Made by a program: the position numbers and the translations under genes. A stretch of 63,134 nt of DNA, filler included. It is 9 parts of 9 records of this genome, joined end to end, with 100 filler letters (N's around TTAATTAATTAA, not from the genome) between each part and the next. Parts side by side here need not be neighbours in the genome. Positions count along the whole stretch, not along the records: positions 1 to 11,032 come from SRR31147125_111392; positions 11,133 to 16,687 come from SRR31147125_111516; positions 16,788 to 22,442 come from SRR31147125_111774; 6 more parts are not named here. One strand, written 5' to 3'. The notes beneath the pieces are model-generated. The model did not search any database. It was not told where the DNA came from and saw only the letters and a list, made by a program, of their open reading frames with translations. Positions 9,953-19,992 of the stretch are shown here, piece after piece; the first letter of the stretch is position 1, and every line of letters begins with the position of its first letter.

Positions 9953-11032
9953 AAGCGAAGATCAAGCCGAGGGGATAAATGAGAGCGCTGGCAAGGCAAG
10001 TGATGACCAGCATGACGAGGCCCCAGCGGAATGTGCACTTGCCGCCGCCGAACGGATCGGCATAGCAGATGCCGATCGGAACGAAAGAGGGGGGATGCAG
10101 TAGGCAAAGTTGCTGCCGGCCGCAACGGCTACAGCCGTAATAAACGGGTTGATGCCCATTTGTAGGGACAGCGGGACGCCGACGGTGATCAAAACAATGC
10201 CCACCGGGACGTTGTTGGCAAAATTGGTTAAAACAGCTGAGATAACGGCGACAGCCCAAACGAAAACGAAAGGACTCATGCCCTCAACAATCGGAGAGAG
10301 AAAAGCCATGGTCCAGGCCGGTATACCGGTCGGCTCCTCGCCCATCGCCGAGGCGATCAGCATGATACCGGCGAGGAAGAAAACGACAGTCCAGCTCATT
10401 TTCTTGGCAGCAGAAGGAATGTCAAGCAGCGGGCGGCCTTCGATTCGAACTACAGCCATAATGACAATACAGACGAGCAGCGGGGTCAGCATCGTGATCA
10501 TATTCATCCAGTTCGTAAACGCTCCCGACGGGGCGAGGAACGAGAGAAAGCCAGGAAGCACCCAAGAGATAACGAGAAGAGCGCTGAGTATAACTGTAAC
10601 GCCTTCGCGTTTTGTCCATTTGCCCGGGCGGACGGCTTCGATTTTGGAAAAGTCAATATTTTGAAGCTTGCTGACATCCGGCTTTATAACGAGCTTTAAG
10701 AAATAATACATGGCAAGCCAAATGATAATTCCGACCGGAACGGCGATCAGCATGTAGCTCAGCCAGTTAATACCGGTTTGAGCAATGGCGGAATAAATAC
10801 CCATAAACAGGATTGGCAGCGTGTGACAGATCGGGGTGACAGCAAACGTAATGATGACGGTGAAAGATAAGCCGATCGTTATGACCTTTGTCCACTTATC
10901 CTCTTGTTTCATCCCAACAATATCAAATATTTCTTTTGCGAGAGCGAGCATAAAAATCTGTGCAGCCGTGACATCGAGAAAGAAGCCGACGACGAAAGCG
11001 GACAGAAGGAACATGAACGTAAAGCCCCAGGG
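9953..11032 (-). CDS. SLC13/DASS-family anion permease, 5'-truncated, one frameshift in a G-run near 10090
   Basis: Many TM helices; LTNFANNVP and AYCIPP motifs; the C-terminus continues in the other frame (SFVPIGICYADPFGG...LGLIFA). Confidence 0.8.
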
Positions 11033-11132
11033 NNNNNNNNNNNNNNNNNNNNNNNNNNNNNNNNNNNNNNNNNNNNTTAATTAATTAANNNNNNNNNNNN
11101 NNNNNNNNNNNNNNNNNNNNNNNNNNNNNNNN
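11033..11132. other. Artificial contig spacer
   Basis: N-run + TTAATTAATTAA (stops in all six frames) + N-run, 100 nt. The same spacer is at 16688-16787, 22443-22542, 28501-28600, 35635-35734, 41601-41700, 50422-50521 and 56742-56841. Confidence 0.99.
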
Positions 11133-11299
11133 TTCCAGTATCAGCCCAGGTCAATTCAAAGTACCCTGAATGGTCTATCTCCCTTATCGTGGGCGAGGTC
11201 AAACAGGATTAACACTTACAACGACTGATCAGCACACTGCAACAACGTGTGTGCCGAGGCGGGGGCTGAATGACACGTCGAACACATACCGTAAAGTAT

Positions 11300-12108
11300 A
11301 TGAAATCCCGGTATCACAAATATCAACTGATCGCTCTGATCTGCGCGCTTTTCACTGTCGCCGCAGCACTGCTTGCCGCACTCTCGGGGCTCCAAATGGC
11401 GGAGCTTAAAAAAGCGGTAGCCCAAAAAAGCGACAAAGAATCCCCTTCGTCAGAAGAGGTGCTCAACAACTGGATGGAGAAAGAGATTGAGAACCTCAGG
11501 GCGATGTTGACCAAAACACAAGATACGCTGGCCAAGGAGAAGACCAACAGCGAGGAGTTGCAGAAGACCATCGGTAGTCTGAAAACACAGCTTTCGGCTG
11601 TTTCCGCCAAAGCACTTGCTTTGGAAAAGATGGTTTCCAAACCATCCCCGCAACCGGATGCCGGCGGCCAAGTTCCCCAACCCGGCAAACCGACGGTACA
11701 ACCATCGCCGCCGCAGCCGGCAGAACAGACGGCTCCGGCACCAGCACCTGTCGTAAAAGAAGCGCCCCAGGGGTCGGCAGCACCACCGGCTCAGGCGAAA
11801 CCACCAGCACCGGTGCCCCAACCAGCATCGACAACCGTTGCACCAGCGCCTGTTAATAAAAACCCCAGGCGGTATCGACACCCCCCGCTCAACAGCCGGC
11901 GGCAGTCTCCACACCTCGAGCTCAGCCGGCGGCAGCGTCGGGAGAGGCAACGTCCGGCACTCAAAGTACGACATCTCCCTCACCAGCGACCAGTGCTCAA
12001 CCTCAGGTTCAAACCACTAAAGAGACGTCCCCTCAACCAGCACAGGCGACGGAAGAGCCGCCTAAGGTTATTGTTGAAGAATCGCTGGAGCCCTCTGAAA
12101 AGCAGTAA
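11300..12108 (+). CDS. Membrane-anchored coiled-coil protein with Pro/Ala/Gln/Ser/Thr-rich tail (frameshift in A-run near 11860)
   Basis: N-terminal TM (LIALICALFTVAAALLAAL), coiled coil, PQP-rich region. The shifted frame reads PQAVSTPPAQQPAA...EPSEKQ* and matches the upstream composition. Confidence 0.65.
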
Positions 12109-12176
12109 GCGTCTTCCTTGGATCAGCAAAAACTTTTTTCCGATCAAGACGCAAAAGAGCCATTCGCAAAAACAGT

Positions 12177-12215
12177 TCAAGCCTCCCTATTCTCCATAGA
12201 GAGGCTTGATTTTTC
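12177..12215. terminator. Terminator hairpin between convergent genes
   Basis: TCAAGCCTC...GAGGCTTGA followed by a T-run. Confidence 0.65.
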
Positions 12216-12243
12216 TGCGAATAGATTTGTCTTTTTTTATTTT

Positions 12244-13155
12244 CTATCCACGCCACTCCGTATCGTCCACCGTGGTTTTAAAATCGGGCGTTACGATATC
12301 AGGAGCCTCGAACTCCATCGCCGCAGCAGCCTCTTCCGGAGTGGGCTTGCCGACAAAAACAAGCCTGTTACGCGGGCATTTATCAATCGCTTTGAAGAGG
12401 TCAGGCATGGACTCGGCATTATAGTGGTCGTAATCGACCACGGAGAGGTTGTCTTCTATGGTGATGATTTCGGAGAGACGTGAACATGCCTTGCAACCGA
12501 TACAGCCTACTTTGCAGACGCTCATCACATCTTTCCCTTTGTCTTTATTCGAACAGCCGACGGCCATGATCTGCTTGGCCCTGAAAGGGGTGATGGTAAT
12601 AATATTTCTCGGGCATACCTTGGCGCAGGCACCGCATCCGATGCACTTTTCATAATCAACGACGGCCAGTCCGTCCACGATGTGAATGGCATCGTAATTA
12701 CAGGCTCGTGTGCAGTCGCCGAAACCGAGGCAGCCAAAAGTACACCCCTGGATATCGACCACCAGGTTAGCCGATGCACAACGTTTTTCCCCTTTGTACT
12801 CCGTACGTCCCAGCCGGTCCTCCAACCGCGCGCCACAATGAATGATGGGCCTGAAGGGAAGCGACCCCCCAACCTCGACGCCCATTATGTCACCAACCGC
12901 AGCGGCACACGAATCACCGCCAACCGGGCACTTGTTGACCGGTGCACCATCGGCCACAACGGCCACCGCGTAATCACTGCATCCTAAAAAGCCGCAGCCG
13001 CCGCAGTTGGCTCCCGGCAACGCCTCAAGGACGGCCTCAACCCGACTATCGACTTCAATGGCGAATTTCCTGTTCGCCCAACCCAACACGTACGATACGA
13101 CGAATGCCATTGCCAGCATGGTTCCCGCGGCAAGACCTATGGTCACTTCAATCAT
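12244..13155 (-). CDS. rnfB: Rnf electron transport complex subunit B
   Basis: N-terminal TM, LPGANCGGCGFLGC...CPVG, several CxxCxxCxxxCP motifs; operon context. Confidence 0.93.
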   Translation of the reverse strand: MIEVTIGLAAGTMLAMAFVVSYVLGWANRKFAIEVDSRVEAVLEALPGANCGGCGFLGCSDYAVAVVADGAPVNKCPVGGDSCAAAVGDIMGVEVGGSLPFRPIIHCGARLEDRLGRTEYKGEKRCASANLVVDIQGCTFGCLGFGDCTRACNYDAIHIVDGLAVVDYEKCIGCGACAKVCPRNIITITPFRAKQIMAVGCSNKDKGKDVMSVCKVGCIGCKACSRLSEIITIEDNLSVVDYDHYNAESMPDLFKAIDKCPRNRLVFVGKPTPEEAAAAMEFEAPDIVTPDFKTTVDDTEWRG

Positions 13156-13264
13156 GGCAGCCTCAAACTCCTATCTTTATCCACTCCCATAAAGCACGCC
13201 GGCAATGGATAGCATCATTACATCAACTGATTACAACACGCTATAAAGCACCGGGGATCGAAGT

Positions 13265-14068
13265 TCACTTCCCATCGCTTTGGTTCAATTGCGCCACAAC
13301 CTCTTTTACTGCGTCCTGATGGAGGGAAGGTGATTTCGACGTCTCCTTCTCCACCTGAACGGCAGGCTCATCAAAAGTCAGCGCTTTACGAAGTCCGGAA
13401 TTCACCCCCGTAAACCCCATAAAGGCAAACGCCAGAATACCACCAATCACCAGCGTGATAGCAGCCCCTCTGAATGGCTTGGGGATATCACACAGGTCGA
13501 GTTCTTCCCGAATGCCGGCCATGATAACGATGGCGATGGTAAATCCCAGACCACCGAAGAATGCCAATGAGAGCGCGCGCCCCAGGTCCCAGGCGTCAGC
13601 GGGGTTTTCGACACCACTCAAATGGCTCATGATGGTCAGACAGGCGAACAAAATGGCGCAGTTGGTTGTAATCAAGGGAAGAAACACGCCAAACGACTTA
13701 TAGAGAGATGGAAAAAATTTTCGGACGTACATCTCGACAAATTGCACCGACGACGAGATGACGAAGATGTAGATTATATAGCTGAGTATGGTCAAATCGA
13801 TCTGCTGGGCAGCCTCCGCCGACATGAAAAAACCTGCGATATATGACGATATCGGTGCACCTGGAATCAAGATCAGACTCGTAATGGTCCAACTGACAAA
13901 GGCGGCAATACTCATGACAAATGTCACGGCACACCCCATGCCAAATGCCATGTCGACATTGCGGGAGACGCCGATGAAAGGGCATATACCGACGAAGTAG
14001 TAGAAGATAAAGTTATTGATCAGCGCAGCGCCGATGGCGATCAACATGACATCAATTAAGTAACCCAT
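13265..14068 (-). CDS. rnfA: Rnf complex subunit A
   Basis: [31 protein letters not shown]. Confidence 0.92.
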   Translation of the reverse strand: MGYLIDVMLIAIGAALINNFIFYYFVGICPFIGVSRNVDMAFGMGCAVTFVMSIAAFVSWTITSLILIPGAPISSYIAGFFMSAEAAQQIDLTILSYIIYIFVISSSVQFVEMYVRKFFPSLYKSFGVFLPLITTNCAILFACLTIMSHLSGVENPADAWDLGRALSLAFFGGLGFTIAIVIMAGIREELDLCDIPKPFRGAAITLVIGGILAFAFMGFTGVNSGLRKALTFDEPAVQVEKETSKSPSLHQDAVKEVVAQLNQSDGK

Positions 14069-14107
14069 AGCGTGTTTCCGTTTCTCCTCTTTGCTTTACG
14101 CACCCTA

Positions 14108-14731
14108 TTAACCGGCACCGTTTTGTTTTACACCTCGATTTGAATACCAGTTGACGGCGCCAAGGAGCAGCCCCAAAGTGATAAAGGCGCCCGGCGGCAG
14201 GACCATGACGGCCCAGTCGGGCCATGCTTCGGGCATCACCCGAAAACCAAAGAACATTCCGGTCCCCAGGATCTCTCTCACACCAGCGATGCTGGCCAGT
14301 GCGATTCCGTAACCAAGCGATTGTCCCAATGCGTCCGACATTGCCGTGAACACGGACTGTTTGGAAGCGCACACCTCGCAACGGCAAATGATCAGGCAGT
14401 TTACGATGATCAGCGGGATGTAAGGCCCGAGCGTCTTGCTCATCTGATAGAGATACGCCGCCAGCAAACGGTCTGCGATGGTGACGAAGGTGGCAATCGT
14501 CAATGTGAAGATGACGATCCTCAGGTGCGGCTTCAGCAGGTTCCGGATCAAACTGGTCACGGTGTTGGCACACAACAGTACGAAGGTGACCGCGCCGGCC
14601 ATGGTAATGGCCGCTTGCATGCTGTTGGTGACGGCCAGCGCCGGGCAGAGGCCTAACAGTTGGCGGTATACCGGATTCTCCGGCAAAATCCCTTGAATGA
14701 ATCGTTCTAATGCAGTTGGTTGATCAGCCAC
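14108..14731 (-). CDS. rnfE: Rnf complex subunit E
   Basis: ENPVYRQLLGLCPALAVT, YIPLIIVNC, REILGTG, LPPGAF. Confidence 0.93.
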   Translation of the reverse strand: MADQPTALERFIQGILPENPVYRQLLGLCPALAVTNSMQAAITMAGAVTFVLLCANTVTSLIRNLLKPHLRIVIFTLTIATFVTIADRLLAAYLYQMSKTLGPYIPLIIVNCLIICRCEVCASKQSVFTAMSDALGQSLGYGIALASIAGVREILGTGMFFGFRVMPEAWPDWAVMVLPPGAFITLGLLLGAVNWYSNRGVKQNGAG

Positions 14732-14735
14732 GGCT

Positions 14736-15413
14736 CTATTCCTTCTTTGCTCGATCGGCCTTGGAAAGCGGTTGCTTCAGGTCGGTAATGGTATTGTTGA
14801 TGATGGAGACCACACTGTCCGATGAGATGGTGGCGCCGGTCACGGCATCGATTTCATTACTTTCCGACGCACCGCCTTTTACAACTTTGAGCCGATCCCG
14901 TGTCGATTTGCGGGCAAACTGATTTCGCCATTTCGGTTCGACAATTTTATTACCCAGACCGGGGGTCTCTTTCTGATCGAGAATAAAGAGGCCGGTGATG
15001 GTTTCGATGGAAGGATCCAGCCCAAGCAGCAGTTCGATGCGATCCGCATACCCTTGCCCGGAGACCTTGGTCACCCATCCGACCAGTCGTCCATCTTCGT
15101 GTCTCGTCTCGAAAACGCTATATATCTTTTTGATGCCGTTCTTTTCGATCTCCACGGAACGGGGCGTAATCTGAAAGGTCGCCTTCGAAACCGCCATCTC
15201 GTCAGCTTTCTCCCTGCCGAGAAGAATTTCCGGAACCTTCTCCTTGGTCTCATTGAGCTTGTTGGCCGAGATGACCGGACCGAGCGCCGCCTGCACGGCC
15301 GCAAGTGAGATTCCGAAAATCAGGGCCAGCATGATACAGAGCCAGGCCTGAAAGATGTAGTTGTTTTGAAAACGATTCTGCCGTTCGCCTTCCGTATTCT
15401 CTTTTTCCGCCAT
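14736..15413 (-). CDS. rnfG: Rnf complex subunit G (FMN-binding)
   Basis: GQGYADRI, QKETPGLG, DAVTGATISS flavinylation motif. Confidence 0.92.
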   Translation of the reverse strand: MAEKENTEGERQNRFQNNYIFQAWLCIMLALIFGISLAAVQAALGPVISANKLNETKEKVPEILLGREKADEMAVSKATFQITPRSVEIEKNGIKKIYSVFETRHEDGRLVGWVTKVSGQGYADRIELLLGLDPSIETITGLFILDQKETPGLGNKIVEPKWRNQFARKSTRDRLKVVKGGASESNEIDAVTGATISSDSVVSIINNTITDLKQPLSKADRAKKE

Positions 15414-15480
15414 ATCTCTTTTTCCTAAAAAACGTCCATCAAATTCACGTCAAATTGATCATTCAACGCAGTGCACACGA

Positions 15481-16488
15481 TTAATACTCACCAAAGGTCC
15501 TTGGAATCGTCCAGCGGTTGATCAGGGGGGTGACGGCATTCATCAGCAACACAGCAAACATGACGCCCTCGGGATAGCCGCTAAAGAGCCGCAGCAGCAT
15601 CACCAGCGCTCCGATGCCGGCTCCGAAAATCGCTTTACCCTTTGGTGTGAGTGGGCTGGACACGGGATCGGTGGCGATAAAGAAGGCACCAAAGACCATG
15701 GCGCCGCCAAACAGATGATGCAGGATCAGTCGTCCGCCAAAGCCACCGACCAGGTCTGCAATAGCCGAAATGACGGCAACGGTAATGATCATGGCCGTGG
15801 GGATCTGCCAGGAAGCGGTGCGACGAATGCACAAATAGATGCCACCGAGCAGACATGCAAGGGTGCTGGTCTCTCCGAGAGAGCCGTTGGTCAACCCCAG
15901 AAACATCTCCGATACCGGGGCCATTGACCCGGCCTGCTTAAACGCATTCATTGGAGTGGCCTGGGAGATCGCATCCACCAGACCGTTGGCGCTCTCGTAA
16001 GCCCCGGCCCCCATAGCGCCGGCAAAAGAGATCATGACAAAGGCGCGTCCCACCATGGCCGGGTTAAAGATGTTCATTCCAAGGCCGCCAAAAATGATCT
16101 TCCCCAATCCAATGGCGCATACCGATGCGATGACCGAGGCGTACCACGGTGCGGTCGCAGGCATTGAAAGCGCCAGGATAATGCCGGTCACCGCTGCCGA
16201 AAAGTCGTTCAGGGAGATCGACTTGCCGCGCATGCGAACGAACAGATATTCAGCCGCCAGGCAGGTTGAGACGCACAACCCCAACTGCACCAGGGCATAC
16301 TGCCGGAAGATGTAGATGGCCATGGCAACAGCCGGTGCCAGGGCGATGATGACATCGATCATCATTCTTCTTGAAGTGGTACTCGTATTGGCAAGATGGG
16401 GCGAGTGGGATACATGGATCGCCGGTAACGCTTCCTCCGCACCATCTGCTACTGCTTTATCAACACTCTTTTTTGTCATGGTCGCCAA
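15481..16488 (-). CDS. rnfD: Rnf complex subunit D
   Basis: FGGLGMNIFNPAMVGRAF, DAISQATP FMN site, GSLGETS, FFIATDPVSSP, GYPEGVMFAVL. Confidence 0.94.
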   Translation of the reverse strand: MATMTKKSVDKAVADGAEEALPAIHVSHSPHLANTSTTSRRMMIDVIIALAPAVAMAIYIFRQYALVQLGLCVSTCLAAEYLFVRMRGKSISLNDFSAAVTGIILALSMPATAPWYASVIASVCAIGLGKIIFGGLGMNIFNPAMVGRAFVMISFAGAMGAGAYESANGLVDAISQATPMNAFKQAGSMAPVSEMFLGLTNGSLGETSTLACLLGGIYLCIRRTASWQIPTAMIITVAVISAIADLVGGFGGRLILHHLFGGAMVFGAFFIATDPVSSPLTPKGKAIFGAGIGALVMLLRLFSGYPEGVMFAVLLMNAVTPLINRWTIPRTFGEY

Positions 16489-16597
16489 TGGTTGAATCCT
16501 AATGAAGTTCCGATTAATTTTGATTTATGGCACCTGCTGCTATGGCAAAGGGCTATCCATCCCCCTGATGCCCATCCGGCAAAAGAGGGGTATCGAC

Positions 16598-16687
16598 TTA
16601 CTGTCTGCTGGCAACGACCATCGCTTTGCCCATCCGGATCAATTGCACCAGCCTGATATGAGCAGGGCAGACATAGGTGCAGCTCCC
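16598..16687 (-). CDS. rnfC: Rnf complex subunit C, 3' end only
   Basis: Minus strand reads GSCTYVCPAHIRLVQLIRMGK...RQ*, the RnfC C-terminal Fe-S motif, upstream of rnfD. Confidence 0.8.
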   Translation of the reverse strand, partial: GSCTYVCPAHIRLVQLIRMGKAMVVASRQ

Positions 16688-16787
16688 NNNNNNNNNNNNN
16701 NNNNNNNNNNNNNNNNNNNNNNNNNNNNNNNTTAATTAATTAANNNNNNNNNNNNNNNNNNNNNNNNNNNNNNNNNNNNNNNNNNNN

Positions 16788-17434
16788 CAAAGAATCTTGC
16801 TCATCCACATTGGCAGGCCGGTGCAATGTAACCACACCGTAATTTTCCGGTGAGAGCCCCAATTTCTGATAATAGGCGCTATCGTGAATTTTTTCCCTCA
16901 GCAACTCGAAGGAATCGATCATTATATTTCCGACTCGAACAATTTTGCGGCTGGGTACTCCTCATTCTTCAGGTTCACGTCCGCATCTTCCGATGGTGTC
17001 CACAAAATATCTGCGAGAGCGTCGGTTACGATTCGATTGATTTCTTCAGGCATGCTCCGATCAAAGGATCTCAACCCAGCCTCAAGGTGAGCTACTTTTA
17101 TTCCCAGTTTGGACGCAGCAACAGCAACGGCTATAGTTGCATTTACGTCCCCGACCACGATTACCAGGTCCGGCGCATTCTCCAACAATATCCGTTCATA
17201 AGCGATCATGGTATTGCCGGTTTGATAGGCATGGCTCCCGCTTCCAATCCCTAAATGCATATCCGGCTCGGGAAGCATCAAATCCATAAAGAATGAATCG
17301 GACATATTGGCGTCGTAATGTTGCCCCGTGTGTATAATTTTTACATCACACCAGGATTTGTTCTTAAGCTCATGATAAAGAGGGGCCACTTTCATAAAGT
17401 TTGGTCTTGCTGCAGCGATAATGTGAATCAGCAT
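16788..17434 (-). CDS. wecB: UDP-N-acetylglucosamine 2-epimerase (non-hydrolysing), 3'-truncated, frameshift near 16958
   Basis: ARPNFMKVAP, HTGQHYD, VVGDVN, HLEAGLRSFDRSMPEEINR; continues VGNIMIDS...VTLHRPANVD in the next frame. Confidence 0.92.
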
Positions 17435-17525
17435 CAGTTCACCTTAAAAATTATAGTTGTGTATACCATGTTTAGATCGATTCGACCGTCAAGATCAGGA
17501 TCGGCATAAGGCGTTTGGATATCAA

Positions 17526-18660
17526 TTATCCAATGTTTGCTTTTATTAATTTTGAAATATAACGCCCCATTTTTTCATCTATATCCATATGCGTGGGCAA
17601 AGTGGCCAGGTTCTCCGCTACATCTGTTGCGCCTGGTGTTTTATCCTTATCATCGCCTATGGACGACATAATGCTGGGTTCATCAATTATGGCGAAAGGA
17701 TACATTCTTCTTACCCCGAACCTGTAGAGCTCTAAGGGGATCTCTTGATTTCAAACCTTATGGGAAATCGACAATAGGCCGGAACTCCGTCACTGTTTTC
17801 TGCAAAGGTTTTTGAAGCGGGTAACTCTTGACGGTATATTTTTGAGATCTCCTGCCGATGTTGGAGGGTCGTATGGTAATCGCCCAGCATCGATTCAAGA
17901 ATCGCTTTTTGCCCCTGTGAAATACTACCGGTACTAAAAGACGGGTCATATACGGTTTTTCTAATCCGAGCGGAAGCTTTTCCGGAAGGCGGTAAACACT
18001 TGGGTGAGCCATGATCTGTGTGATCAATGTTTTTAACATTTTAAGATACCCTTTTGACTGAGGTATCCTGTTGGTTACATTTCGAACGTTGTACTTTCTC
18101 GAAACGAGCGCGCCCCCGCCACCAACCGGTAGGGGTTTGCCTCGTCCAAAACTGTATATACCAAAATCGCCTATCGTTCCCATCGCTCTCCGACCTGAAG
18201 AGCCTCCAAACCCCTGAGCAGCGTCTTCAATATGAAAAGCATCAATCCCGGCCGAAACAGCAGAAATGCCATCGCATTCGCTTGGCAGCCCGAAAAGGTG
18301 CTGTGAAACAATGGCGAGGGTTTTATTCGAACACCTTTTTTCCACGGTCTCCATTACCGGAGAGAGAGTTTGCGGATTTATATCATAGACGCGAATTTTC
18401 AGTCCGGCTTTAACAACGCTCGCGGCAACTGAGTAGCAAGTGTATCCGGGTATCAGCACCTCATCTTTTCGAGAATGGGCTTCTTTTTTTAAAAAAGACA
18501 ATAGAGAATATAGCAACACCTTCGCACTGGGGCCGAAGACACAATACTTCGATTTTAAAAACGAACAAAGCTTCGATTCGACTTCATCTTGCTTGCTATT
18601 AAGACCACTCAATATAGTATTGAGCGGCACTTTAGTTTCTGCTGGAGGAAACCATTTCAT
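17526..18660 (-). CDS. DegT/DnrJ/EryC1/StrS PLP-dependent aminotransferase family (frameshift near 17958)
   Basis: IPGYTCYSVAAS, HLFGLP, IEDAAQGFG, SFGRGKP. After the shift the frame continues to LATLPTH...ANIG*. Confidence 0.85.
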
Positions 18661-18782
18661 GTCTTCGCCTAAACCCGATTTCTGCCCATTTCTATTTCAT
18701 TGGTGTTCAACAAATATACAACCATAGGATGCGAATGGTTCCCCTGAAGCCATTCTATGACATTGCTTCTACTTTTTGCGTT

Positions 18783-19955
18783 CTACAGGTCTATGTTTCT
18801 TCTAATATGAGGGCCGACAATATTTGCTATTGGCATCGGTAGCCGTTGCCAAACAGATACAATCTTTGAGAATTTCTGCTTGCTGTCAGACGTATTTACA
18901 TGATGCATCTTATTTAAATAGATATGGTGCCAGTACATCGGTTGAGAAACGGCTCCCCATTGCTCCTTAAATCGGTATGTACCTTCGCCGTAGGAGGATC
19001 TCCCGAAATCAAAATATTTAAACCCGTTTTCGCAGCCATACGAAAGCATCTCCCAATAGAGAAGCATATTTGCACTAAATTTTTTAAATTTTCTAAGAGC
19101 TGATGCCCATGGGTTGGCGAGGACATTCTTGAAGCCGAAAACCAAGCTGCAGGCTATCGGTTCACTACCCTTATAGATTATGAACAAGCGTGTTTTGTCA
19201 CCAAATGCATCAATGACGTTCGCGATCATTCCCTTTTTGTGAACTGGCGATCCGAGGTCGCGCATGTTAATTGAAAAAACACGATAGAAATCATCGATCA
19301 ACTCCATACCTCCGACCTGAACCGTCAGTCCCTCCTTGATCGGTCGCCTTATTTGGCTTCGCAGTTTGGACTTGAATGATTTGAACAGCGTGTCAGGGTT
19401 TTCGGGAAGCTCAAGCACCATGCGTACTTTTTGTGTTTGCAAACGATGGGCTATCGTTAGGCCCTCATCAATATCAACATCCTTGACAGGATATGACAAG
19501 TCTGCATGTTTTAGGTCGTTTCCATTGCTCTCATGCCTGTTATTGTCAAGCCAGGACAACGCATTGAGGTGCCGCATCTGGATCTCTTCTGCACCGACCT
19601 CATAGGCAATCTTTACAGCCTCTCGAAGAAGTGCTTTTTCGACCTCACTATCGTCCGCCAGAATTCCGCCGTGATCGAAGAAAGGCGTTGAAACCAGCTT
19701 GTTGCCGAATAGAAAGTGCTTCATATGAAACAACGGCAAAATACCTACAATGGGCATCCCCGCATCGTCTCTCCTGGCAATAGTATAATAGGGTCGATGC
19801 CCATAAACCTTGCGAATTACATTCTTCCACTCAATTGCATGGTATGGATTAGCGTCGGGGTGTTTCCTGACATAATCCTCCCATGCGTTTTCGTGCTCGT
19901 CAGAAATTCTCAGAGTGTCTATCATCGTCTTGACCTTTATTACCGGCGGACGCAA
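18783..19955 (-). CDS. FemAB-related GNAT protein of the PEP-CTERM/XrtA EPS-associated type
   Basis: LVSTPFFDHGGILAD, KLRSQIRR, NMRDLGSPVH, FDFGRSS, FKEQWGA, WQRLP. Confidence 0.88.
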   Translation of the reverse strand: MRPPVIKVKTMIDTLRISDEHENAWEDYVRKHPDANPYHAIEWKNVIRKVYGHRPYYTIARRDDAGMPIVGILPLFHMKHFLFGNKLVSTPFFDHGGILADDSEVEKALLREAVKIAYEVGAEEIQMRHLNALSWLDNNRHESNGNDLKHADLSYPVKDVDIDEGLTIAHRLQTQKVRMVLELPENPDTLFKSFKSKLRSQIRRPIKEGLTVQVGGMELIDDFYRVFSINMRDLGSPVHKKGMIANVIDAFGDKTRLFIIYKGSEPIACSLVFGFKNVLANPWASALRKFKKFSANMLLYWEMLSYGCENGFKYFDFGRSSYGEGTYRFKEQWGAVSQPMYWHHIYLNKMHHVNTSDSKQKFSKIVSVWQRLPMPIANIVGPHIRRNIDL

Positions 19956-19992
19956 CGAAATTTTCTTGTTGTGGCAAAGACCTTAACGTTGG

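Noticed and set aside
12119..12175. GCAAAA...GACGCAAAAG segment reminiscent of a c-di-GMP-I riboswitch
   Set aside because: It lacks the paired stems and GNRA/receptor layout, and it lies between convergent 3' ends rather than in a leader.
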